Assembly (NCBI RefSeq): GCF_021028975.2
Contig: NC_059439.1
Location: forward strand, 21,948,001 to 22,012,000
From: Sphaerodactylus townsendi
Lineage: Eukaryota
Direction of reading: 5' to 3'
DNA length: 64,000 nucleotides
The notes beneath the pieces were generated by a model, which had not been told where the DNA came from, searched no databases, and saw nothing but the letters and a program-made list of their open reading frames with translations. The translations under genes and the position numbers were made by a program. This document shows positions 10,950-22,580 of the stretch, piece by piece; the stretch's first letter is position 1, and every line of letters begins with the position of its first letter.

Positions 10950-11104
10950 TAGCTAGCCCAAGGTCACCCAGCAGACTTCATGTGGAGGAGTGGTGAAACA
11001 AATTCAGTTCAGATAAGAGTCTGTCACTCATGTGGAGGAGTGGGGAATCAAACCCGGTTCTCCGGATTAGAGGCCACCACTCTTAACCAGTACACCATGC
11101 TGGC
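10950..11104 (-). mobile_element. Squam3-like SINE, partial
   Basis: CTAGCCCAAGGTCACCCAGC...GGGAATCAAACCCGGTTCTCC...CTCTTAACC matches the SINE at 4054. Confidence 0.7.
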
Positions 11105-11775
11105 TGATCACTAGTTTGCGGATACATGGCCCATCAGCAGTCGCTGGTTGCTATGGCTAGGTGAGTGCAGTGGTGTTAGATCTTACACTGAACTACCAGT
11201 CATCAGGTGTTGTCCCGTATTTATGGTTGGTGCCAAGAGCACCTGGAAGGCTGAAGACCATCGGTCTCTCAGGGTCACTCTTGTCTACTTTAAACATCCA
11301 GGGTCTCAGTCAAGAGGTCTGTCTTACCCATTTAGATACCAGGAACTGAATCTTGGATTTTGTATTTGCAAAACACCACTGAAATGAAGTCCAACCCATA
11401 AACCAGGACATGGAGTCAGAGTCGCTTCGCACGCTACTTATGGGTCAGCCGCATTACGACTACCGCATAGTTCACACGGGTAGCAGTTGGAAGCCGCTAG
11501 CCTAAAACCTCGCCAGTGCTGCAGGTGGGAAACGGCTACTTCATCGCTGCTTGGGAGGCGAGGGTGGCGCTGACTGCTGCAGTTGCGCTTGCGCTTAACA
11601 GCTCCCGATTTTATTAACCCTGTGGGCTGTTTATGGTCTGCAAGGAAAGGGCCTGAGTCTGTCAAAGCACCATCCCTAGACCTGCATTCATTTAAAATAT
11701 GTATGCCTTGCCTTATCTCCTTAGACTTGAGACAGCTAACAGTATGGCAACAAACTGCAAACACCTAAAATCAAT

Positions 11776-12470
11776 GTAACAGCCCATCAACAAAGAGAAG
11801 AAGCGCGCCCAGACTTACCTGGGGCGCCGTTTGCGGCAGGGGAGGTTTGAGCGGACAGCTCGCCTTCCCCTGTGCCGGAGGGACGGGTCACGTGACGGGG
11901 GAAGAACAAGCCAATGCCCGGCTCGGCTCAGCCTCTCCACGAGGCTGTATTCAAGCAGACCCACCCTCCCTCCCTAAGTTTGGGCAGTTGAATTCTTGAA
12001 CATTGTTTATTGTTATACTTTTGTCAGTCTGGGCGGTTTTTAGGGCATAGGGGCACATCCTTTGTGAGTAGGCAGGCTTGCATGCCAGACCTTCCACAGC
12101 GGAATAATAATCAATAAGAGGTCTGGGGGTTGTGGAGGGCTTTGAGGGCACAGGCCTGGAAGTCCTGTCTCGAGCTCTCCATCCCCGGCAGGAGGGGGTG
12201 TCACAAATGGGTAGGCCCCAAGTGGCATCTAGAAACCTCCTGTCCCGGTGCCAGGTCAGCGGTTCGCTGCCCGAAGGGCCGGGGGTCAGCAGTGGTCTGA
12301 CAAGGACCAGGGTCAGCGGTTCGCTGCCTGGTTGGCCAGGATGTGCCCCGTTATGCTTGCCCAGCTTCCAAAAAGTTATATGTTATTTGTTAATAAACCG
12401 GGCTGCGGCCATTTCCATTCCAACAAGTAAGGATTATGTGTGATTTATTGGGTTAGTGAAATCCACACAT
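11776..12470 (+). mobile_element. LTR-like / DIRS-Ngaro-like terminal repeat remnant
   Basis: GC/CpG-rich block with TG..CA-like ends, internal direct repeat CCAGG(G)TCAGCGGTTCGCTGCC and AATAAA..GGGCTGCGGCCATTT, a motif shared with the inverted blocks at 31.0 and 44.0 kb. Confidence 0.4.
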
Positions 12471-13752
12471 CTGCCTGCAAAGTTCATACCAAAAGCAGAC
12501 AGATTTGCCTGAACATTTTATTCTTCACCAAATGCCCTATGGAATAAAAGCATTTTCCACGTCTTCCTGAACTCAGAATCTGAAGGCACTGTGTGCATCC
12601 ACTAAGATGAACTTGGAATAAATCTATTTATACATCCTTGGTTACTCTTGGTTGTTGTTTTTGTATTTGGGAAGCATTATTCTTGCTGGACTATACAAAA
12701 CATTTTAAAAATACTACCAATATAATTCATTTCCCCCCTCTAACAAGTTAGAATGGCCATGAGTGAAATTTCATAAGTGAACTGGAGAGTCTTTTGAGAA
12801 GGGGATGGGGGGGGGGGGGGACATCCCAGTCATTCTCCACTATATTAACGTTTTTCTGCTCAGGTTCACTTTCATTATATCAAAATTTTGACTGATGGGG
12901 AACTATTTACAGAAATGGCCTCCCTGTCTGACTATAGACTTTGCCTGGGTATCATTACAGTCCATTTGAGCTTGTTATTTGATTAGCATCTTTAGATCTA
13001 TAAAAACAATAATACTCTTTTGTTGTCCTTGTTCTATAATTGAGCTGGATAAATGATCAAGGGAAATAATGTCCCAGTAGCCAAATCGAGCATGAGGATG
13101 ACAGGTCTCCCAGCAGCAAAGCTTATATTTGTTTCTCCGAATAAGTGAGAAACAGAGGCCATGTGCAGAGTGTAATATGTGTGCCATGTAGTTGTTCCAG
13201 TGTCCTGCACATGGACAGAGCAGATATCAGAGCTAATTAGTTAGAACTAATTATAAAGGGATACATTGAAAGGCAATTAAGGGAAATGTTTTTCAGAGCA
13301 AGGGTTCTTTTTTACGCTGACTGTCACGTAAGCAGGACAGCAATGAATTCAAGCACAACTCAGCAATAGGTAACAAACTGACACAAGATGAAAAATCATC
13401 ATCTTTAGAGGTGTCTCGTGTTGGAAGGTGAGTAGGAAAGAGAGAAAGAAACTGGGAATACCCAAATGTACTTGCATGTTCATAGGTATAATATGAATGT
13501 GAAAAGAGAATTTTCCAGCGCAACCCTATGCAGAATTACACCTTTCGACAGCCTTTGACTTTAATGGACTTAAAAGTGTAACTACTTAAGACTGCAGTGT
13601 TCATCAGCCATTGAAAACTCTTCAAGGAAAGAAGTGATTTGACATATTAAGTAAGATGAAAGAATATAGAACGTAAATACTTGTTATTTTATGAGAAATA
13701 TTTTTAATCAACATTCTTCTTCCTCCAACTGTCACAACTAAATGAAAAAAAA

Positions 13753-14688
13753 ATGTCTAATATAAGCACCACAAATGATTTCCTGCTTCTGGGATTTTCA
13801 GATGTCCGAGAGTTTCAGATCTTATATTTTGTGTTGTTTTTAGGACTATACCTGGTTATCTTTATGAGCAATCTTCTCATCATTGTCCTGATAACTCTCA
13901 ATTCATACCTCCATACTCCGATGTATTTCCTTCTTCTCAATTTATCCATTATTGATCTTGGATCCGTAACCATTACCTTTCCCAGAGCCATGGCCAATGA
14001 CCTCACGAACAGAACACAGATTTCCTATTCCGAATGTGTTGCGCAGGTATATTTTTTCACCTCTCTCATCTCAACAGATGTTTCCCTGCTCACAGTTATG
14101 GCTTATGATCGATATGCTGCCATCTGCCAGCCTCTACGTTATCCTTCTCTCATGGGCAAGAGAGCGTGCTTGATAAAGGCAGGTGGAGCATGGGTTGCGG
14201 GCTTTCTGAACGCAGCCTTACACACTTGTGCGACTTTTTCAGAGCCCTTCTGCTCCAACACTGTCAACCAGTTCTTCTGTGAAATCCCGCAGCTCCTGAC
14301 ATTGTCTTGCTCTGGATTTAACTTCACTGAATATGCAGCTCTTACCTTTTCCTCATTATTTGCCACCAGCTGCTTTGTTTTTGTTATTGCTTCTTATGTA
14401 CAAATCTTTTCCACGGTATTGAAGATGCCTTCTCTGGAGGGAAAGCGAAAAGCCTTCTCTACATGCCTCCCTCACCTCATGGTGGTATCCTTGTTTTATG
14501 GCACTGCCTTCTTTGCCTATATGTTGCCAACTGCCAGTTCAGATCAAAGGTTTACCATGCTATATACCATATTACCACCAATGCTGAATCCAATCATTTA
14601 TAGCATGAGGAACAAAGACGTGAAAACTGCTCTGTGGAAGCTGTTCAATGGGAATGTCCTAGCTCAGAGTCAGAAATTCCACTTTTGA
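13753..14688 (+). CDS. Olfactory receptor, OR14-like (class II), intact, 311 aa
   Basis: LHTPMYF, MAYDRYAAIC, FFCEIP, KAFSTC..H and PMLNPIIYSMRN motifs; N-terminal NIS glycosylation site; single-exon CDS. Confidence 0.95.
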   Translation: MSNISTTNDFLLLGFSDVREFQILYFVLFLGLYLVIFMSNLLIIVLITLNSYLHTPMYFLLLNLSIIDLGSVTITFPRAMANDLTNRTQISYSECVAQVYFFTSLISTDVSLLTVMAYDRYAAICQPLRYPSLMGKRACLIKAGGAWVAGFLNAALHTCATFSEPFCSNTVNQFFCEIPQLLTLSCSGFNFTEYAALTFSSLFATSCFVFVIASYVQIFSTVLKMPSLEGKRKAFSTCLPHLMVVSLFYGTAFFAYMLPTASSDQRFTMLYTILPPMLNPIIYSMRNKDVKTALWKLFNGNVLAQSQKFHF

Positions 14689-15019
14689 GTCTGATTGTAG
14701 TTTAGATTAATTTAAAAAATAGTTCATGGATATCACTGGTCTCCTACAGACTACTGAACTAAGGGATACTGTTCTAAAGACTACTGAACTAAAGGATTCT
14801 GTTCCATGATGGGGAAGAAGACGGTTTTTCGTTTACAACCACCAACTTCGCCCAGTGGTAACATTTGAAATGTGGCTATGTTGTAAGTCGTTTACTATTT
14901 TCACTTTGTATTGTTGTTCTTTCTTAGACAATTTGTCAGTCTGGGACACTTTACAAGAAATACAATAAAATATTCTATTCAGATGCTATTCTATTCAGAT
15001 AAATAATTCTATTCAGATG

Positions 15020-15225
15020 CCCTCAACTATTGACCTGGTTGCCTTCTTTGTTACTCACAGATAATGTTTCTCCACCCACCCTGGACACTCCAACAGATAT
15101 ATATACTCCACTTGCTTTCCCAACATCAGATCCTCTGAAGATGCCAGCCACAGATGCAGGCGAAACGTCAGGAGAGAATGCTGCTAGAACACGGCCATAC
15201 AGCCCGGAAACCACACAGCACCCAA
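15020..15225 (+). mobile_element. Penelope-like element (PLE) terminal-repeat fragment
   Basis: CTCTGAAGATGCCAGCCACAGATGCAGGCGAAACGTCAGGAGAGAATGCTGCTAGAACACGGCCATACAGCCCGGAAAC is the characteristic squamate Penelope terminus. Confidence 0.75.
15131..15173 (+). ncRNA. Minimal type I hammerhead ribozyme motif (Penelope-associated)
   Basis: Stem I TCCT/AGGA; core CTGAAGA; stem II GCC/GGC; GAAA; palindromic ACGT mini stem III; GTC cleavage triplet (cut after C15169). Confidence 0.65.
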
Positions 15226-16697
15226 ATACAATAAAATAGTTGACCATTCTGCACCTTGCTTTGAATTTGGCAGTAGGGGTGGGGAAATTGATACATTGCT
15301 GAACTTTTCAGCTGAAATGGCTGAACTGAAACCAAACAGGCAGAACTACTCAGTATTGTACACAATGTTCCCTGTAAGGTGTGCAGGTGAGCATCTGCAC
15401 ACTCTTGATTTCCATGCAGTTAAAAAGTTTGTTCCCTATTGAGTGGGTGTGAGGGGCCATCCAGGACGGAGATCTCTTCCAGGAGGAGACAGGTGATCTG
15501 CCTCAATCCTGGACAGGGCAGGGAAGGTGCACTGCACTCAGTCAGGGGAGAAATGTGAGGGTCAATGCAGAGGCACAAAATGTGGTTTGACGTGGCTGGG
15601 AGGAGGTGCTGTCCAGTGTGGAGGCAAGAGCAAGGACTCCAAAAAGAGAGGTACGGTGGGTTGGGGCAGTGCCTGCTGCTGGTCTTTAGGGAGTCAGTCA
15701 GCCTCCTGTTCTGTGTGGAAGCAGTGCTAGTGAGTGGGGGCTGGGGGATATGGGGAGGGGAGGTTACAGTTCTCCTCTGTGTGAAGGTAGGGGAAGGGGC
15801 TGGTCCACCTCTGCCTGGCTCTTTCTTTCTCTCGTTCCCCTGTTTCTTTCTTTTCCCTCCCTCTCTCTTTTTCTTTCACATCTCTCCCCCCATGTGTTCT
15901 TGCAGGTCCCAGTTATTCATAGTATGGGCCAGTGTGAGGTATTCTGTAGATTCTTTGCCAAAGGCATTTCCATTGCCTTTTTTATTTTTAAAAATTTCTA
16001 GAATAATATTACTGCCTTTATCACATTCCTGTGGTTGAGAACTGGACACTCATCCCTTATCTTGTTGTTATGAAGTTCCATGAAAATGTGAGCAGAAAAT
16101 ATTTTATACCAAGATTCACAATCAAAGAAAACGTTTTCATGACAAGGGCATAGAAAATATGAAAACATTGGTTCTGGTGGGTTTTCTGGGCTGTTGATTG
16201 ACAATGATGGATCATTGAGGCAATGCCAAACAAAACAAAAAAAGTCTTCGTCCTGTGGTAGGAAATGGCAATAGAAGTAGACAGATGAATCTCCCTGGAG
16301 AGAGAATTCCAGAGCTTTGGTGTCATGATGACCAAGACAGCCAAATTGGGGGTGGGGAGCAGGGAGGTTGCCCAGAAAGCATCTGATTTGATGCTCAAGT
16401 TTTGATTGGCTGTGCAGATGATGATGACGATGATTAGAAAAGGTTGCTTTTACAGCAGCTGCCACTATAACATAAGGATCTTTCCTATGTGACTGATGGT
16501 AAGCTGCAGCATATCCATTTTTGCAACTGGGTCCATCTCCTGCAACTGCCATTTACGTGATTGTACCAGCCATCCTGTGACAGAACTCTGAAGGTGCCTA
16601 CAATCTCAAAAATGTTGGGAACCCCACTATGAAGCAGCTAATACTACACAATGCCAACTTTCCTATGCAGAGTAACAACCAATAAAATAGACAGATA

Positions 16698-16838
16698 GGC
16701 TCATTCCACACATGCAGAATAATGCACTTTCAAACTGCTTTCAGTGCTCTTTGAAGCTGTGCGGAATGGCAAAATCCACTTGCAAACAGTTGTGAAAGTG
16801 GTTTAAAAACGCATTATTTTGCGTGTGCGGAAGGGGCC
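16698..16838. mobile_element. PIF/Harbinger-type MITE (~140 bp)
   Basis: TIRs GGCTCATTCCACACATGCAGAATAATGC / GCATTATTTTGCGTGTGCGGAAGGGGCC; 3-bp TSD ATA. Confidence 0.8.
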
Positions 16839-17078
16839 ATACTTAGGTTTCACCATTTTGTCCCCACAGTATACAGAAGATCTACATGCCTGCTCTCTAG
16901 GTACAGGGGCTGCATAGACAAAAGGATGTATTGGATTTTACTCCTGTACCTACGTTGTCCTTCATCTGGGGCATGACAATATTTGCATAAGAACCAAGTT
17001 GCACACCTCATTCATCTGGTTCTAAGGTCTAACAGTTTCAACCATCATAATGTACCTTTGGTAACATCAATCTTTATT

Positions 17079-17335
17079 GGTTGTGGTGGGTTTGGCGAGC
17101 TGTGTGGCTGCGGTCTGGTGGATCTTGTTCCTAACGTTTTGCCTGCATCTGTGGCTGGCATCTTCAGAGGTGTATCATAGAGGGAAATCAGACTTCCCTC
17201 TGTGATACACCTCTGAAGATGCCAGCCACAGATGCAGGCGAAACATTAGGAACAAGATCCCCCAGACTGCGGCCACAGGACCTGGAAAACCAACCACAAC
17301 CAGTTGAATCCGGCCGTGAAAGCCTTGGACAATAC
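17079..17335. mobile_element. Penelope-like inverted terminal repeat pair (palindrome) with two decayed hammerhead motifs
   Basis: Arms 17079-17186 and 17194-17301 are reverse complements; each has CCTCTGAAGATGCCAGCCACAGATGCAGGC-(G/A)AAAC(G/A)TTAGG. Confidence 0.8.
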
Positions 17336-17705
17336 GATAGATCTTTATGTTGCAAACACTTGGATGGCTATAAAGTAATGGTTTCTGCAGAACACATAGG
17401 CACCAATCCTTATGTACCTGTACATACTCAGCTTTACAAGGCATGCTCCGTAAGGATTGGCTCCTTTCCTCTTTTTGCTGGTTATTTGAAGGTGGGAGCT
17501 GGAATGTGGATAGGCTCTTCTCCCTGCTTCTGCTTGCAGAGATGATGGAAGGGCCAGATCTATTCAATGACCTCTTGACCCATTCTTGTGGGGGGGGGCA
17601 GGAGGTAGATGAATGGTGGCCTCCAAAAAAGACTGCAAAAGTGCAGGGAGCAAAAAGAGAAAAATCATGGAGCACAGTAAAATGTCCTATGCCAGTGGGC
17701 TCCAC

Positions 17706-17807
17706 CAGTGGTGAGATTTAGCAAGTTTGCACCACTTCGGCAGAACCGGTTGTTAAAATGGTGCTTGTTAAACAACCAGTTGTTAAATTAATTGAATCTC
17801 ACCACTG
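17706..17807. mobile_element. Tiny hAT MITE (102 bp)
   Basis: TIR CAGTGGTGAGATT / AATCTCACCACTG; 8-bp TSD GGCTCCAC/GGCTGCAC. Confidence 0.75.
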
Positions 17808-18213
17808 GGCTGCACCACCTTTTTTTGCAGGTGAAACTCCATGTCAGCAAAAGGGGGCATTCCTGGGCTGAAAAGTCACAGGAAGCTGACTAAAGTCGGC
17901 TCCCTCCCTGGGAATGCCTCTATTGGTTCTGGCATTGGTTCTTGCATAGGAGAAGTGCCAGCGCAGCTGTACCACTCCCTGGAATAACATAAGTGACCCT
18001 GCACCTATGTGGATGCCACTTGCAATTCATGGGGTGGCATCTATGCGTCCTGGGCCCCTTCGTCCCCCCACTCAGGATTGCACTGTTAGTTTCCTTTACT
18101 GCCCCACTTCGTTCTCTCTGTGAAAAGCCAAGTGTAAATGGCAAATTTACATGGCAATGAATCCTTGTTTTTGCATGTACAACCCATTTATAGAATGCAT
18201 GAGATGAAACCTT

Positions 18214-18364
18214 GGCCCTTTTCACACATGCAGAATAATGCACTTTAAATCTACTTTCAATGCACTTTGCAGATGGAGTTTACTGTGTGGAATAGCAAAA
18301 CCCGCTTTCAAACAATTGTGAAAGTGGATTGAAGGTGCATTATTCTGCAGGTGCAGACGGGGCC
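18214..18364. mobile_element. PIF/Harbinger-type MITE
   Basis: GGCCCTTTTCACACATGCAGAATAATGCAC...GTGCATTATTCTGCAGGTGCAGACGGGGCC; TSD CTT. Confidence 0.75.
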
Positions 18365-18842
18365 CTTATTTCGCAAAAAATCTGGGAAACAGATGTTGGA
18401 ACCATCCTGCTCTTTTACTCAGTATCACCCCATCCACCTCGTTAGTCCATTCCTAGCCTACAAGAATTTTGACCATCAGTCTCAGTGTGGTGGAAGCCAT
18501 CCATCTTCTTTTCACCTAGGGGAAATCTGTTTGGATTGAGCCCAGAGTTTTGCCTCCAATTCGTTGCTGCTGAGCTGGGAAAGACAACAGGGAGTAAATT
18601 TGTAGATGCTAATTAGTCCCACCCGCAGTTACAAATAAGAAGAGGTTTAGTGCTGATAGGAATCAGCCAAGAAGATATTTTTGACCCACAAAGGAAGATG
18701 TGAAATATTTGGCATGGGAGCTAATAAAAAGAAGTTTCTGCCTTGCCATACTGGAGTCAGGAGGAGAACCTGTAAGGTCAAATGGAGAAAATTTATAGAC
18801 AGTAGTAAAATTTGTTTTATATATATATATAAACAACAGATA

Positions 18843-20015
18843 TATATACCTTTGTTCCTTTATACTTCCTCTATGGTTTTTCAATCTCTTTTTTTGGCAA
18901 ATGATTTAAATATTCAATATCTATTTGATAACCAGATGGGATGATAGCTGCATCAGCAAGAGAAAAAATAGAGAGATTTTTGACAGGGAATGTGGATGTT
19001 ACTTTGGCTGTTGCAATGCTGTTGTTTTTTCATATGTTACAGAAAGTAGAAAATGATTTTAAGATGATATTTAAGCCTGGTTATGCAGATTCTAATGTGG
19101 CATTACTCAAAACTTATAGGTGAAATGAGTAGTATAATTTAAGTTCTTGAGTTTAAAATATATATTTTATTTTAAAATACATGCCTTTGTTCCTTTACAC
19201 TTCCTCTTTGGTTTTTCAATCTCTTTTTCCCAAATGATTTAAATATTCAATATCTATTTGCCTTTGGCCAATGGGTGCCCCCCCCCCCACGGCATCTGCC
19301 TCGCTGTCCGTGCTGTCGTCTATCCCGTCCAGCTGGTGGATATTTGATAACCAGGTGGGAAGATAGCTGCATCTGCAGCAGAAAAAGTAGAGAGATTTTT
19401 TGGCTGGGAATGTGCATGTTGTGTTTTTTCACACATCATGTTGTTGCTATGTTTTTTCATACACCATAGTAAGTAGAAAATGATTTTAAGCCTGGTTATG
19501 CTGACTCTAATGTGGCATAATTTTGATTTCAGTATATATGTATCTGTGTAACTTTAATTTCAGATATACCCATCAGAAGCCTCAAAGAACTGTTGGAAGT
19601 TGATTGAACATACTGGCATACTGAGGAAGAGGCACGAAAAACGTTCTATACGCGTGAGACGTTTTTATGTAGAACCTACAGAATTGGAATATGGACTATA
19701 TGGAACTGAAGCTTTGTTTCTGAACAAAGAATTGAATGGACTAAGTGATTATTTATGTTTAGTTATAAGAGTTGGAAGACTTATGCTGTATCTTTAAGAA
19801 CTTTGTCAGAGAAATAAGGAAATGTAAATACAAATAGAAGTGTTAAGTTGTTTAATTATATGTAAGATCAATATATAAGATTGGACACAGCCAGAGTGCA
19901 ACGTGTGTATTTTTGAGTTTATTTGGGCTAACGTTGACATTGCACTCTTAAAGATAGTGGTGATTACTCACAACATATACATTAAAATGAGTAGTATATT
20001 TTAAGTACTTAAGTA
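18843..20015. repeat. Tandem duplication of a ~330-bp unique segment; second copy interrupted by two insertions
   Basis: 18843-19155 matches 19180-19260 + 19348-19518 + 19963-20015. Confidence 0.7.
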
Positions 20016-20601
20016 CTAATAATTAAATAATAGTATCATTCCACAGGAAGTATGCTATTTTAAAAATAAAAAATTGGCGCTACTGTAGCAGATTTTTATT
20101 TGTGCCTAGTTCTGTGGATTTTTATTTGTGCTCAGTTCTGTGGAAACCAGAACTATTATGTTATCCACACTTACTTGTGAGTATGGTTTATTGAATTCTG
20201 CAAGATTTACTTCTAAGTAAATGTTCTCAGTAGAGTACCCAGACCTGATATGGAGGAACATACCCGTTCAAATATATTATTGAAGTAATGAAATAATCTT
20301 GAATAGCTTCAACATATTCATTGGTTGCAAAATTTAAAAAAAGTAATTTGAGTAAACTGATATTCAGATTCTGAGAGAGGGAAGAGAGAAAAAGGCAAAG
20401 CGTCACAAATATTAGAATTAGGGCATCAAGTTCAGCATTCTGAGGTGAAAGTGAACATCACTAACAGAGACCATATTCCCCGTCTGGCAGGCAAGAGTAT
20501 ACACCCTCCAATCTGGTGGCTCAAGTCTTACTTTAAAGGAAAAGAAAGGAATTCCTGCACAGGACAGAAGGGGAGGTAGAAAGAAAGGGGACAATTACAA
20601 A

Positions 20602-20731
20602 GGCTGATTCCGCACACGCAAAATAAAGCACTTTCAAGCTGCTTTCACAACTGTTTTTGCCATTCCGCACAGCTTCAAAGAGCCCTGAAAGCAGCTTGAA
20701 AGTGCATTATTCTGCGTGTGCGGAATCAGCC
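20602..20731. mobile_element. PIF/Harbinger-type MITE
   Basis: TIR GGCTGATTCCGCACACGCA / TGCGTGTGCGGAATCAGCC; TSD AAA. Confidence 0.8.
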
Positions 20732-21188
20732 AAAGCAACTTAAGAAATATAAGGGAGCTGAAAAAGACAAAGGTGAAAGACACAAGGTACATGGTGAGTT
20801 ACAGTCCAAGAACTGTATTTTTCAGCTAAGGGAATCTTGTAAATAATGTTTGGGATCTATTTATTGATTTTTTTTTCTTTAAGAATTTATGATCTTTTCA
20901 AGGATTTCTAAATTATGCTTTTCAGCAGCATGTGCTAGCTCTGTGCTTTACTGACATATAAATGAATATCAGGTTTGTCTGAGTCCTTTTAAATATTTTC
21001 CACCAGTTTTGAATTAGTATTAAACATGAAAGAATGTCTGATTCCAGTCTCAAATCTCCTCCCAGCATTTGTACCCCTTCATCGTATTTTAGGATGTGAC
21101 TAAGCAAAATGGAGAAATGATTTAAGTCATTTGATTTCTCAGCATATTCTGTTTAATTTATTGTTAATGTTATTATATACAGCCCTCT

Positions 21189-21323
21189 CAGGGTGGTGTA
21201 CAACAAACAACAGATAGAGCCCAGGGTGGTGTACAACAAACAACAGATAGAGCACAGGGTGGTGTACAACAAACAACAGTTAGAGCACAGGGTGGTGTAC
21301 AACAAACAACAGATAGAGCACAG
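21189..21323. repeat. 33-bp minisatellite x4 inside an L2 3'UTR remnant
   Basis: Unit CAGGGTGGTGTACAACAAACAACAGATAGAGC(C/A) starting at 21189, 21222, 21255 and 21288; resembles the L2 3'UTR at ~2008-2036. Confidence 0.9.
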
Positions 21324-21626
21324 TTAAAAATCAACAACCATAAATAGATACTATAGGCCCTATTCACATTAAATATTAACCCTATTTAAAAACAGCACAT
21401 CAAAATCAGTACATAGCAGATGGCATTTATATGTGTTCCCCCAATTTTTTTTTGTGCTGCCCTGGGGGATTTTAGAGGTTTTCACTTTTTTCACATATGT
21501 CCAAGGACTTTTCAATTAAAATAGCAGCATGAAACTTAGAGGGAACAATTTTACTTCTTTGAAGAAGAATCATATGCTTGTTTATTAACCAAAAGTTATA
21601 TTTACATCTCCTTCTTCCAGCCTGCT

Positions 21627-22580
21627 ATGTCCAATGTTACCATCGTAACGGGTTTCCTGCTGCTGGAATTTTCTGAGGAAAGAATGCTTCAGATTCTACA
21701 CTTTGTCGTCTTCTTAGCAATGTACTTGATGGTCATGATAGGGAACCTCCTCATCATCATCTTGGTAACCCTCAACACCCACCTGCACACCCCAATGTAC
21801 TTCTTTCTCATCAACTTGTCAGTGGTTGACCTTGGATCTACCTCTGTTACGATTCCTAAAGCCATGTTCAATGCACTCATGAACACAAGGTGGATTTCAT
21901 TTTATGAGTGTGCTGCACAAATGTTTTTCTTTGTCCACTTCCTGTCATCAGATATATTCCTCCTCACCATTATGGCCTATGATCGATATGTTGCCATCTG
22001 TTACCCACTGCACTATGTATCTGTCATGAACTGGGGACGCTGCATCCAGATGGCAAGTGGGGCATGGATTGGAGGGTTCCTAAATGCTCTTCTTCACACA
22101 GGGACAATTTTTTCAATGCCCTTCTGCTCTAACATTGTCCGGCAGTTCTTCTGTGAAATTCCATATTTAATGAAGCTTGCCTGTTTTAATTCCTACCTCA
22201 ATGAAATTTGGGCACTTGTTTTTAGTGCATCCATAGGCTTTGGCTGTTGTGTCTTTATATTCATGTCCTATGTGCAGATCTTCACTGCAGTGTTAAGAAT
22301 GCCCTCAATGGAAAGTAGACAAAAAGCCTTCTCAACTTGTATCCCCCACCTTATTGTTGTCTTCCTGCTAACTGGTACTGGTATCATTACCTACTTCCTG
22401 CCAACCTCCAGCTTTCCATCCAGTGTAAATCAAATGTTTGCTGTACTCTACTCTGTGGTCCCACCGATGATGAATCCAATAATCTACAGTATGAGGAATA
22501 AGGATGTCAGGGATGCTCTGCGGAAGTTGGTTGGCAGGAAGCGTCCAGTAGAGAGTAAGATGTCTTATGCTGACCTATGA
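21627..22580 (+). CDS. Olfactory receptor, OR14-like, intact, 317 aa
   Basis: LHTPMYFFL, MAYDRYVAIC, KAFSTCIPH and PMMNPIIYSMRN motifs; NVT glycosylation site; splice acceptor CTTCTTCCAG 6 nt before the ATG. Confidence 0.95.
   Translation: MSNVTIVTGFLLLEFSEERMLQILHFVVFLAMYLMVMIGNLLIIILVTLNTHLHTPMYFFLINLSVVDLGSTSVTIPKAMFNALMNTRWISFYECAAQMFFFVHFLSSDIFLLTIMAYDRYVAICYPLHYVSVMNWGRCIQMASGAWIGGFLNALLHTGTIFSMPFCSNIVRQFFCEIPYLMKLACFNSYLNEIWALVFSASIGFGCCVFIFMSYVQIFTAVLRMPSMESRQKAFSTCIPHLIVVFLLTGTGIITYFLPTSSFPSSVNQMFAVLYSVVPPMMNPIIYSMRNKDVRDALRKLVGRKRPVESKMSYADL

Noticed and set aside
13815-14366. Antisense ORFs inside OR genes (also 21689, 28747, 41002, 47799, 55699)
   Set aside because: Expected shadow ORFs of hydrophobic, T-rich coding sequence.
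15998-16552. 184-aa minus-strand ORF and similar 100-180 aa ORFs (15565, 17175, 49583, 51083, 57574, 60493)
   Set aside because: No recognisable domains or splice context; most overlap decayed repeats or low-complexity sequence.
21189-21323. 33-bp direct repeats resembling a CRISPR array
   Set aside because: Units are head-to-tail with no unique spacers, derive from an L2 3'UTR, and the DNA is vertebrate.
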